In this document: positions 16,485-25,406 of the stretch, in pieces
Layout: each line of letters opens with the position of its first letter
Position numbering within the stretch: position 1 is the first letter of the stretch
NCBI GenBank assembly: GCA_035938355.1
Contig: DASZGZ010000043.1
Location: forward strand, 1 to 41,415
Length of the DNA: 41,415 bases
Reading direction: 5' to 3'
Origin: Acidobacteriaceae bacterium
Lineage (GTDB): Bacteria; Acidobacteriota; Terriglobia; Terriglobales; Acidobacteriaceae
Notes under the pieces: model-generated
What the model was told of the DNA's origin: nothing
The model's database searches: none
Seen by the model: the letters and a program-made list of their open reading frames with translations, nothing else
Program-made: the position numbers and the translations under genes

Positions 16485-17273
16485 ATGTCCCCGGCGAAGG
16501 TCATAAGCGAACAGGAAATCGAGCGGCTCGAAGAGGATTCGCTCTCTCCTTCTGCGCGCAAGATGCGCATGCTGAAGAAGCTGCACTGCGGACTGCGCTA
16601 TGAAAAACAGGCGCGCGCTGCGGGGGCAGTGATGGTGGCCGGCGTGGACGAGGTCGGTCGCGGTGCATTGTTTGGGCCGGTAGTCGCGGCCGCGGTCATC
16701 CTTCCGCCGGAATGTCGCATTCGCGGGCTGCGCGATTCCAAACAACTGGAGCGCGAGGATCGCGAACGCCTGGCGAAGGTGGTCGAGACACGCGCCATCT
16801 GCTTCGCCATCGAAGAAGTGGACGCGGAGACGATCGACCGCGTGAACATCTACCAGGCGTCGAAGCTGGCGATGCTGGGCGCCGTGGCGCGACTGATGCC
16901 TGCCGCAGACCATCTGCTGATCGACGCCATGCGCCTCGATCTGCCATGCGCGCAAACCAGCATTATCTATGGCGACTCCCTCTCCATTTCCATTGCCGCT
17001 GCTTCAGTGGTCGCCAAGGTCTACCGCGACCGGCGCATGTGCGAATACCACGAGCAATGGCCGCAGTACGGATTGCACTCGCACAAGGGGTATTCCACAC
17101 CGGAGCACAAGCGCGCGCTGGCCGAGCATGGCCCTACGCCGCTTCACCGCTTCAGCTTCCGTCCCGTCGCACAGCGTTCCCTACCCTGGGATTATCCGAC
17201 CGCGATCGATAGCTTTCTTGAAGGAGAACAGCTTGTCCCTACGCCTGATGTGCGTGACGGCACACCCGGATGA
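16485..17273 (+). CDS. rnhB: Ribonuclease HII
   Basis: AGVDEVGRGALFGPVVAAAV, LRDSKQL, SIAAASVVAKVYRD and HKGY. Confidence 0.96.
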   Translation: MSPAKVISEQEIERLEEDSLSPSARKMRMLKKLHCGLRYEKQARAAGAVMVAGVDEVGRGALFGPVVAAAVILPPECRIRGLRDSKQLEREDRERLAKVVETRAICFAIEEVDAETIDRVNIYQASKLAMLGAVARLMPAADHLLIDAMRLDLPCAQTSIIYGDSLSISIAAASVVAKVYRDRRMCEYHEQWPQYGLHSHKGYSTPEHKRALAEHGPTPLHRFSFRPVAQRSLPWDYPTAIDSFLEGEQLVPTPDVRDGTPG

Positions 17274-17988
17274 TGAGAGCGGCGGTTTCGGCGGCGCGCT
17301 GCTGATGGCGCACGCCCGCGGCGCCGACACAACGGTGATCTGCCTGACCGAAGGCCGTGCAGCATCCAATCGCGGCGACGCCCGCAGTGATGATGAGCTT
17401 GCGGCTGCGCGTATCGCGGAGTTGGAGATCTCCTGCGGCATTTTGGGAGTGACCCGCTATGAAGTCTGGAAATATCCGGACGGGGCGCTGATCCAATCCG
17501 ACCTCTCTGAGGTCACCACCCGGCTGGTGGAGCGCATGCGGCAACTTCGCCCGCATATTGTGCTCACCTTCGGAGGCGATGGGGGTCCAAATTTGCATCG
17601 CGACCACGCGGTTGCGAGCTTTGCGGCGACGGCTGCCTTTCACTGGAGCGGCCGCACCAACTTCGCGCAGCAGCAGCTGAAGAACGGTCTCGCCCTATGG
17701 GCACCGCAAAAGCTCTATTACGCGTCTACGAACTTTACGATTTCGAAATTCAAGGAGGAGGCCGCCGTGGCGCCGCGCACTCCGGCATCCATCAAACTGG
17801 AACTCGGGCCGCTCCAGGAAGTAAAGCGGCAGGCCATCGAGGCGCACGACACGCAGAGCGTCATGAGCCGCGCAGCCGAGGCGTATGAGAAGTACGGACA
17901 TGAGGAGCGCTATCTGCTGGCTTCCGCGCGGCACCCAGAACGGTTTCAGCATGAGACCGACCTCTTCGCCGGCATCGAAGAGGTTTAA
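17233..17988 (+). CDS. PIG-L/LmbE-family deacetylase
   Basis: AHPDDE and HRDH metal motifs. TTG start at 17233 with AAGGAG RBS, overlapping the rnhB end. Confidence 0.88.
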   Translation: MSLRLMCVTAHPDDESGGFGGALLMAHARGADTTVICLTEGRAASNRGDARSDDELAAARIAELEISCGILGVTRYEVWKYPDGALIQSDLSEVTTRLVERMRQLRPHIVLTFGGDGGPNLHRDHAVASFAATAAFHWSGRTNFAQQQLKNGLALWAPQKLYYASTNFTISKFKEEAAVAPRTPASIKLELGPLQEVKRQAIEAHDTQSVMSRAAEAYEKYGHEERYLLASARHPERFQHETDLFAGIEEV

Positions 17989-18016
17989 AGCAGGCCCGCC
18001 GGGGGACAGCAACGGA

Positions 18017-19072
18017 ATGCGCAGTCATCGGCAACTCGCTTCCCTGTTCGTCACGGTGGTTGCCGCACTGGCCGTGCCCTTCGCGGCCGCGCAAAGCAGC
18101 GACACGGGAAACGTAACCGGACATGTCTACTGCGCGGACACCCAGAAGCCCGCCCGCTTTGCCAATGTCCGTCTCCAGCCGGTGGATGAGCAGGAGGGGC
18201 AGTTTTCCGGGCGTTTGGGCGGCCGCGGCGGCTTTGCGACAACCGGCTCCGATGGCTCCTTCCGGATCACAGGCGTATCCCCCGGCGACTACTACGCGGA
18301 CATCATGATGCCGGGATATATTCAGCCGTTTCGAGGGCTGATACGCAACCTTGACAACCTTACGCAAGCAGAACGAGACCACATCACGGCTCAACTGACC
18401 CGGGTCAGCGTAGCGGCGAACCAGAGCGCGAATGTGCAGGTGATGATCTATCGCGGAGCCACCATCAGCGGGACCGTGAGCTTCGACGACGGTGCGCCTG
18501 CCGCCGGCGTGGCGTTACAGGCTTTCGTCCTGCCGTCGAATAGCAGCGCACAGGCTGCAAGCGGCACGCAGCAGCAGAGCTTCGCCGGCTTCGCGCAGAC
18601 AGACGATCGAGGACAGTTTCGTCTGACCGGCCTGGCCGACGGCACCTACATTGTCTTCGCTGCCCCGCGATCGATCTTCCCTATCTATTACGGCAACACG
18701 ATTGAACGCAGCCACGCGAAGAAGCTCGACGTGCATGCCGGAGATGAGCTGCCGGGCGTTGACATCCAGGTTCCTGCTGCCGGGATGCATTCTGTAAGCG
18801 GCGTCGTAGTGTCGAAGCAGGACGGCCATGCACTGTCCAGGGCATCGGTGCAGCTCCGTCTCAGTTCAGGGGACACCGGCACGATCAGCGCGACCACTGC
18901 GCCCGACGGCACTTTTACCTTCAACGCAGTGCCTGATGGCAAGTTCACGGTTCAAATATCGAATGCGTATGATCCGGCAACGCGCACTGGATACACGAGC
19001 TCAGGGCAGGCGCTCGAAGTGGATGGCACAGACGTCTCCGGCCTGGTGGTAAATGCGGCCCCCAGCAACTAA
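18017..19072 (+). CDS. Secreted carboxypeptidase-regulatory-like (beta-sandwich) repeat protein
   Basis: Signal peptide; three T.SDG.F/TDDRGQF..GL.DG.Y-type repeats. Confidence 0.75.
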   Translation: MRSHRQLASLFVTVVAALAVPFAAAQSSDTGNVTGHVYCADTQKPARFANVRLQPVDEQEGQFSGRLGGRGGFATTGSDGSFRITGVSPGDYYADIMMPGYIQPFRGLIRNLDNLTQAERDHITAQLTRVSVAANQSANVQVMIYRGATISGTVSFDDGAPAAGVALQAFVLPSNSSAQAASGTQQQSFAGFAQTDDRGQFRLTGLADGTYIVFAAPRSIFPIYYGNTIERSHAKKLDVHAGDELPGVDIQVPAAGMHSVSGVVVSKQDGHALSRASVQLRLSSGDTGTISATTAPDGTFTFNAVPDGKFTVQISNAYDPATRTGYTSSGQALEVDGTDVSGLVVNAAPSN

Positions 19073-19090
19073 ACCTGAAGATTGTTTCTC

Positions 19091-19747
19091 TCAGACCGCG
19101 GCCATGCGACGCTGCCGCCTTCTTGTGTCGACGAACGACCAGACCGGACGAGCCAGTAGCAGCATCGCCAAAACGATCGTGAGCTTCAAGGGATCGAGGA
19201 CGCCGGTCTTCACGATCCACCAGTAGTGAACGATGCCAAGGACCGCTGCGACGTAAACCAGCCGATGAAGCAGCTGCCAACGCTTCCCCAGCTTGCGGAT
19301 GGACCACTGCGTCGATGTGAGTGCGAGTGGCAGCAGCAGCAACCACGCAGAGAAGCCGACGATGATGTAGCGGCGTCTACTCAGATCATTCAGCAGTGTC
19401 GGCCAGTCAAAGTTGGCATAGAGCTTGAGGTAGATCAGCAGATGAACGCATGCATAGAAGAACGCGTAGAGGCCAAGCATGCGGCGAAAACGCACAAGCC
19501 AGCCGAGGCTCCTGCTGATGCGGCGCACCGGTGTAATGGCCAGCGAGATGATCAGAATGCGCAGTGCAGCGAAGCCTGTGCCATGGGAGAGAGTCGCAGT
19601 CGGGTCCGGTCCCAGCAGAGCCACAGCACCCGGACGCGTGAGGTCATGATAGGTATGCCACGCCAGAATCAGAAACGGGGTCAGGCAGGCAAAGTGGACC
19701 AGGACCTTCAGGACAATGACAAAGCGATTCGGCATGGAAAAACTCAA
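19091..19747 (-). CDS. msrQ: Methionine sulfoxide reductase heme-binding membrane subunit
   Basis: RRMLGLYAFFYACVH, LALTS and WQLLHRLVY motifs; follows msrP. Start may be ATG 19735. Confidence 0.93.
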   Translation of the reverse strand: MSFSMPNRFVIVLKVLVHFACLTPFLILAWHTYHDLTRPGAVALLGPDPTATLSHGTGFAALRILIISLAITPVRRISRSLGWLVRFRRMLGLYAFFYACVHLLIYLKLYANFDWPTLLNDLSRRRYIIVGFSAWLLLLPLALTSTQWSIRKLGKRWQLLHRLVYVAAVLGIVHYWWIVKTGVLDPLKLTIVLAMLLLARPVWSFVDTRRRQRRMAAV

Positions 19748-19755
19748 TCGTGCTC

Positions 19756-20724
19756 TCAGAAGTTCTTCTTAAGATCCATTCCCTTGTAAAGGCTCGCAAC
19801 CTGGTCGCCATATCCGTTGAACATGAGAGTGGGCTGGCGCTGCTTGAAGAGCGAAGCGCCGATGCGCCGTTCCGTCTTCTGACTCCAACGCGGGTGATCG
19901 ACATTCGGATTCACGTTTGAGTAGAACCCATATTCGTTCGACGCCATCATGTTCCAGGTGGTCGGCGGCTGCTTGTCAGTGAAGTGAACGCGCACGATGC
20001 TCTTGGCTGATTTGAAGCCATACTTCCACGGCACGATCACACGCACCGGCGCCCCGTCTTGGTTCGGCAATGTCTCCCCGTAGAGGCCGAAGGTGAGCAA
20101 GGTGAGTGGATGCATTGCCTCATCCATGCGCAGTCCTTCAGAGTAAGGAAAGTGAATTCCCGACTCATTGATCTCGGGCATCTGCTTCTGGTCTGCCAGC
20201 GAGAGGAACTGAACGTATTTCGCGCCCGGCTGTGGGTCGCACTGTTTGATGAACTCAGAGAGCGAATATCCGGCCCACGGAATCACCATGCTCCATCCCT
20301 CGACGCAACGGAAGCGATAGACGCGCTCCTCCAGCGGCCTCAGCTTTAACAGCGTATCGATGTCGACTGTCTTTTTGTTCTTCGCCAGGCCAGTCACCTG
20401 AACCGTCCATGGGCGCGTATGCATGGCGCCCGCATTGCGCGCAGGATCGCCTTTATCTGTGCCGAATTCGTAGAAGTTGTTGTAGTGGGTGATGTCCTGA
20501 TACGAGGTCGGCGTCTCTCCTTTTAGAGAAAGCGCGCTCTTGACTGTCTGAAGCTTCTCCGCCGCATGCGCAGTGCCGGGAGAGACCCAACGGGTGATGC
20601 GCTCCGCCCCCAGCGCCGCCACCCCAACAGCCGCCATGCCGGTCATGAATGTGCGCCGGTTCAGGTAATCAGCCCTCGGAGTAATCTCTGATGCGGGAAT
20701 GTCGGGGGCCTTACGGATCAGCAT
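19756..20724 (-). CDS. msrP: Methionine sulfoxide reductase molybdo-catalytic subunit
   Basis: Tat motif NRRTF; [23 protein letters not shown] and [12 protein letters not shown]. Confidence 0.96.
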   Translation of the reverse strand: MLIRKAPDIPASEITPRADYLNRRTFMTGMAAVGVAALGAERITRWVSPGTAHAAEKLQTVKSALSLKGETPTSYQDITHYNNFYEFGTDKGDPARNAGAMHTRPWTVQVTGLAKNKKTVDIDTLLKLRPLEERVYRFRCVEGWSMVIPWAGYSLSEFIKQCDPQPGAKYVQFLSLADQKQMPEINESGIHFPYSEGLRMDEAMHPLTLLTFGLYGETLPNQDGAPVRVIVPWKYGFKSAKSIVRVHFTDKQPPTTWNMMASNEYGFYSNVNPNVDHPRWSQKTERRIGASLFKQRQPTLMFNGYGDQVASLYKGMDLKKNF

Positions 20725-20854
20725 GTGTTCTCCAGGTTGTTCTCGATGGCGGCCTTCGCGGCGGCCTCCGATAGCTTGGACGCCTGCGAGAGGCTCCGGT
20801 TACAGTACGCGCGGCATGCAGTTCCAGATGACTTCTTCGCGTACACAGCTGATT

Positions 20855-22288
20855 CTACTGGGTTTCTTTCGCGGCTTTGGCGAAGGGCCATGCAGCATCG
20901 CGACGGGCGCGCCACAGGTACATGGCCACGCCGGAAATGGTGACGACCAGGGCAGCGACAATCTCTCGCCCGGCATGGGCCCGCGAAGCCAGCACGAACA
21001 GAAAACCGAGCGTTGCCAGAATGACGGGGAGCGGATAGAGCCAGATGCGGAAGGGCCGCGGCATATCTGGCCGTCGTCGCCGCAGCAGCACCACGCCCAC
21101 CTGCTGCAGCAAAAATTGCAGCACAATGCGCAGGGCCACCAGCGCAGCGATGATCGCCTTCAGGTCGAAGAAGCAGCAGATACACGCGATGGCGCCCAGC
21201 AGCAAAAGCACGTTTGCCGGAAATCCTCCGCGGGGGTGCAGGCGTGCCAGCGGCCGAAAGTAGTTCCCTTCGACTGCCGCGGCCCAGAGCACACGAGAGG
21301 CGCCTAATAGCAGTGAGAAGAGCGAGCCGAAAGCCGTCCAGATAACCAGCCATGCGCCCACTTTCGCCCACACCGGTCCGAAGCTACGGCCGAGCAGCTC
21401 AGCAACCATCGCGGTGTGGCTGGCGCTGGGACGGTTGCTCGTGAATTCCTGCCACGGAATGACTCCCAGCACGCTGATGTTCATTAGCAAATAGAGCGCG
21501 GCAATAATCAGGATGGAGCCGATGATGGTTCGTGGAAGCGTGCGGCCGGGGTCGCGCACCTCGCCTGCCAGATACGCAATGGTGTAGTAGCCCCAATAAT
21601 CGTAAGTGGCGATCAGCATGGCCGCGCCGAGTCCGATCAGGAAGCGATGATTGAGTTGAAACGCGCCCGCGGGGAAAGAGAACGCCTGGCGCGCGTCAAA
21701 GTGTGCGAAGCCGGCGACGATGGTAATCCCCAAGGTCAGGATGACTCCGGCCCAAAGCACCCATGCCATCCGCTTGATGGCGCGCAGCCGGCGGTAGAGA
21801 AGGACCACCACCAGGGCCACTACTGCCACTGCCATCAGGCTCGAGCGCTGAATGTGCTGGAGCGGACCAGAGGCCGCCAGCCGCATAGACAGAGCCGGAT
21901 ACAGGTAGCTCGCATATTGCGCGAGACCGATCGCTCCCGAAGCCATGACCAGCGGGGCGGTGAGCGTGAACTGCCACACATAGAGGAAGGAGACCAGCCG
22001 GCCGGCCCGACCTGGCCCATAGATTTCACGCAGGAAGGCGTAGGACCCACCAGCCTCCGGCAGTGCAGCAGCCAGTTCCGCCCAGACCAGCCCATCGCAC
22101 AACGCGAGGCAGGCGCCGAGGACCCAGCCAAGCATGGCTTGCGGCCCGCCCATAGCAGCAACGATGAGCGGCAGCGTGATGAACGGACCCACGCCGACCA
22201 TCTCCAGCATGTTGAGCGCGAGCGCGCTGCCCTGCCCCAGCTCACGCGACAGGTGGGGCGACGGCGTTGTGGCTTGGTCGGTCGGCAT
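20855..22288 (-). CDS. APC-family amino acid permease
   Basis: MVGVGPFIT, AELAAALPEAGGSY, YDYWGY and RPFRIWLYP; about 12 TM. Confidence 0.9.
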   Translation of the reverse strand: MPTDQATTPSPHLSRELGQGSALALNMLEMVGVGPFITLPLIVAAMGGPQAMLGWVLGACLALCDGLVWAELAAALPEAGGSYAFLREIYGPGRAGRLVSFLYVWQFTLTAPLVMASGAIGLAQYASYLYPALSMRLAASGPLQHIQRSSLMAVAVVALVVVLLYRRLRAIKRMAWVLWAGVILTLGITIVAGFAHFDARQAFSFPAGAFQLNHRFLIGLGAAMLIATYDYWGYYTIAYLAGEVRDPGRTLPRTIIGSILIIAALYLLMNISVLGVIPWQEFTSNRPSASHTAMVAELLGRSFGPVWAKVGAWLVIWTAFGSLFSLLLGASRVLWAAAVEGNYFRPLARLHPRGGFPANVLLLLGAIACICCFFDLKAIIAALVALRIVLQFLLQQVGVVLLRRRRPDMPRPFRIWLYPLPVILATLGFLFVLASRAHAGREIVAALVVTISGVAMYLWRARRDAAWPFAKAAKETQ

Positions 22289-22403
22289 GCTTTGAGATCG
22301 GGCGCCATGCGATCACCACACCCGCTCCACGCAGTGTAGCTGGCGGCCGTTCCTTGCGCCGGATGCTCGCGCACTTCCTGAGCGGACGATACACTCAAAG
22401 CTC

Positions 22404-25226
22404 ATGCACCCACGGCGCGCGCACCTTTTCTCACTGGCTGCCTTGCTGGCGACCACACTCTTTGCGCAGACTGCCGCCACCGATCTGCCGACCACCTCTG
22501 CTGCCCGCATCGAGGCCATGCCGTTGCCGGAGAACCGGGGCGCTGCTGCGCTTTACGAGAACCTGAAGCGACTGGATACCACCGCCAGCCTGATGATGAT
22601 CGTCGCCCACCCCGACGACGAAGACGGCGGAATGCTGACCTATGAAAGCCGCGCGCTCGGCGTGCGGACCGCCCTGTTCACGCTTACCCGTGGCGAAGGC
22701 GGCCAGAATGCAATGTCCGCAGACGACTACGACGCGCTGGGGCTGATCCGCACCAATGAGCTGCTGCGTGCGGATGAATATTACGGAGTCGACCAGCAGT
22801 ACTGGGGCAGCGTGGCGGACTACGGCTTTTCGAAGACCATCGAAGAGGCTCTCGGACAATGGGGCCACGACCGTGTGCTCTACGACGCCGTCCGCGCTGT
22901 CCGCATGTACCGGCCTATGGTGGTTTGCTCGGTCTTCGTCGGTGGCGTGACTGACGGTCACGGACACCACCAGGTTGCCGGCATGCTGGCCCAGGAGGTC
23001 TTCAACGCTGCCGGTGATCCAAAGGTCTTCCCCGATCAGATCGCTGCAGGACTTCAGCCCTGGAAACCGCTCAAGGTCTACGCCCGCGTGCCCGGCTTCT
23101 CGCTGTCGCCGAAAGGCATGTTCGACTACGCGACCGGGAAGTACGCACCCGTTCGTTTCCACGACTACGTCAATGACACGGACATCAACGGCATTCCAGC
23201 GACCAACATCACTATCGAGGAGGGCGAACGCGATGCGTTGCAGGGTCAGACGTATATCCAGATCGCCCGGCGCGGTCTGGGCGAGCAGCGTTCGCAGCAT
23301 GAAGGACCGAATGTGCCCCTGCCCGGCGAGGCATCCAGTGCCTACCACCGCTATGGCTCCCGTGTGCCTGCGCAGCCGGACGAGGATAGCTTTTTCGATG
23401 GAGTCGACACCTCGCTACCTGGGCTGGCGAAGCTGGCCGGACCAGACGGCGCATTTCTGCAACAGCCGCTGTCGCGCATCCATGAAGTCGTGGCGCAGGC
23501 AATCCTGAATTATTCGCCGGATCACCCAGAGAAAACAGCGCCGTTGCTTGGAGACGTGTATCGGCGGACGTCGAAGCTGCTGGACGACGTAAAGACCAGC
23601 AATCTGAGCGCGGAGCAGAAGGCCTCTATTGAGCGCGAGCTTGAGATCAAGCTGCAGCAGGCAAATGACGCGCTGGTCCAGGCACTTGGCATCGACATAA
23701 CCGCGCTTATGACTCCGGGAAACAGCTCCCGCGGTATCGAACTCTACGCCGGCCCGCGAGGCGCCCTCCCGTCCACTCCGCAGCCGACGCCGGCGCAGGT
23801 CACGCCCGGTTCGGATTTCCATGTTCGCGTGCACATCCGCGCTCCCAAAGCCGTCAAGCTCGGAAAGGTCGGGCTCGAGACCCCCCAAAAAGAACACTGG
23901 ACCGTAGAGCGCGAGGGCGCACCGGGCCTCGATGATCCTCACAGCACCAGCGGGGACGCCGTCTTTCATGTCACCGTTGCTCAGGATGCTGCGCCCACCG
24001 CCCCGTATTTCTCCCGCCCTTCCACCGAGCAGGCCTACTACGACATCTCCGAGCCGCAATACCGCAATCTTTCCTTTGCGCCCTACCCGGTAACGGGCGT
24101 CGCCATCTTCGACTACGATGGCGTGCCTGTGCGGCTGGCGCAGGCGGTGCAGACCATGCATCTCGAGCTGGGGCCGGGTGCCGTGTATGCGCCGCTGGTT
24201 GTTACCCCGGATCTGTCTGTCTCTCTTGGGCAGCCTTGGATCGTATTACCGATTTCTGCCACTGATGGCACACGGCACGACCTCTCTGTGCCGGCGCACC
24301 TGCATGCAACGCAGGCCGCCGCGGGTACGCTGCGGCTGGAGCCTCCACAGGGCTGGCAGGCAACGCCCGCGACAGCGGACTTTCATTTACACGCTGGAGA
24401 GGATGCCGTTTTCACCTTCCAGGTGCACGCACCCACGCTCGAAGCCGCCAGCTATCCCATCACTGCAGTAGCGGAGAGCGGCAATAAGCGGTTCACCGTC
24501 GGCTACGAAACGGCTGGCTATGGTGCGCTGATCCCGTACAACCTGTATCGCGAGGCGCGCACGAACGTACGCGGCGTGAACGTAAGCGTCGCCGGCGGCC
24601 GCCGGGTCGGCTACGTCATGGGCACGGGCGACATGCTTCCGAGCGCCATCGAGCAGCTCGGCCTGCATGTCGACCAGCTTGCCGATGCGGACCTCCTGAA
24701 TGGTGATCTGTCGCAGTATCAGACCATTGTTCTGGGCATCCGTGCCTACGCTGCCCGCGCAGCGCTGCCGCTTGCCAATGCGCGTCTGCTGGCCTGGGTA
24801 CATGCGGGCGGCACCCTGGTCGCGATGTATCAAGGGACGGAGTTTGACCACGGTTACGCGCCCTACGAGATGCATTTGAACGCAAGGGGCATTCCCGAGC
24901 GGGTGGTGGACGAGCGAGCGCCCGTTGCGCTGCTCGATCCGAAGGACCAGCTGTTGAGCACGCCGAACCAGATCACGGAAGCGGACTTCGACGGCTGGGC
25001 GGAGGAGCGGGGCCACTCCTTCATGAGCTCGTGGGCTCCCGAGTTCGCAGCGCCAACCGAGACACACGACCCCGGGCAGGACCCCCAACGCGGAGGCCTC
25101 CTGCACGCGAAATTCGGCAAGGGCGAATACATCTACGTTGCCTTTGCCCTCCATCGGCAGACGCCGGAGGGTGTGCCGGGGGCATACCGGCTGCTGGCTA
25201 ACTTGATCAGCGCCGGGTCGCCTTAG
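22404..25226 (+). CDS. Large secreted PIG-L/LmbE-family deacetylase with Ig-like (NEW3-like) and C-terminal alpha/beta domains
   Basis: Signal peptide; AHPDDED, TRGEGGQN, DYGFSKT and HGHHQ; PPQGW beta domain; C-terminal GYVMGTGD..GWAEERG..GAYRLLANL. Confidence 0.88.
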   Translation: MHPRRAHLFSLAALLATTLFAQTAATDLPTTSAARIEAMPLPENRGAAALYENLKRLDTTASLMMIVAHPDDEDGGMLTYESRALGVRTALFTLTRGEGGQNAMSADDYDALGLIRTNELLRADEYYGVDQQYWGSVADYGFSKTIEEALGQWGHDRVLYDAVRAVRMYRPMVVCSVFVGGVTDGHGHHQVAGMLAQEVFNAAGDPKVFPDQIAAGLQPWKPLKVYARVPGFSLSPKGMFDYATGKYAPVRFHDYVNDTDINGIPATNITIEEGERDALQGQTYIQIARRGLGEQRSQHEGPNVPLPGEASSAYHRYGSRVPAQPDEDSFFDGVDTSLPGLAKLAGPDGAFLQQPLSRIHEVVAQAILNYSPDHPEKTAPLLGDVYRRTSKLLDDVKTSNLSAEQKASIERELEIKLQQANDALVQALGIDITALMTPGNSSRGIELYAGPRGALPSTPQPTPAQVTPGSDFHVRVHIRAPKAVKLGKVGLETPQKEHWTVEREGAPGLDDPHSTSGDAVFHVTVAQDAAPTAPYFSRPSTEQAYYDISEPQYRNLSFAPYPVTGVAIFDYDGVPVRLAQAVQTMHLELGPGAVYAPLVVTPDLSVSLGQPWIVLPISATDGTRHDLSVPAHLHATQAAAGTLRLEPPQGWQATPATADFHLHAGEDAVFTFQVHAPTLEAASYPITAVAESGNKRFTVGYETAGYGALIPYNLYREARTNVRGVNVSVAGGRRVGYVMGTGDMLPSAIEQLGLHVDQLADADLLNGDLSQYQTIVLGIRAYAARAALPLANARLLAWVHAGGTLVAMYQGTEFDHGYAPYEMHLNARGIPERVVDERAPVALLDPKDQLLSTPNQITEADFDGWAEERGHSFMSSWAPEFAAPTETHDPGQDPQRGGLLHAKFGKGEYIYVAFALHRQTPEGVPGAYRLLANLISAGSP

Positions 25227-25244
25227 ACGCAGCGCAGCTGCAGC

Positions 25245-25326
25245 GGTAACACTGCGCTCATCAATTCCTCATCATCTATTCAACCAGCATTCTCCAATCA
25301 TTCACATTTGGCTGCCAGCCTATGAC
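25245..25326 (+). promoter_or_regulatory. 11-bp-periodic direct-repeat array (OmpR/PhoB-type binding sites) and -10 element
   Basis: GGTAACACTGC/GCTCATCAATT/CCTCATCATCT/ATTCAACCAGC/ATTCTCCAATC/ATTCACATTTG, then 10 nt, then TATGAC. Confidence 0.55.
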
Positions 25327-25406
25327 TACGTGTCACCCGTGTGTCCCGCTGCCCGCAGTTAGAGTCTCGGGAAACCGGTTTGTGACAATTTTTGGAGAGA
25401 GGCTGA

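Noticed and set aside
16969-17232. Long N-terminal extension of the PIG-L ORF inside rnhB (similarly the extensions at 9325-10455, 27413, 36651 and 38740-39351)
   Set aside because: Open-frame run-ons in GC-rich DNA; better starts with an RBS or family-typical N-termini lie downstream.
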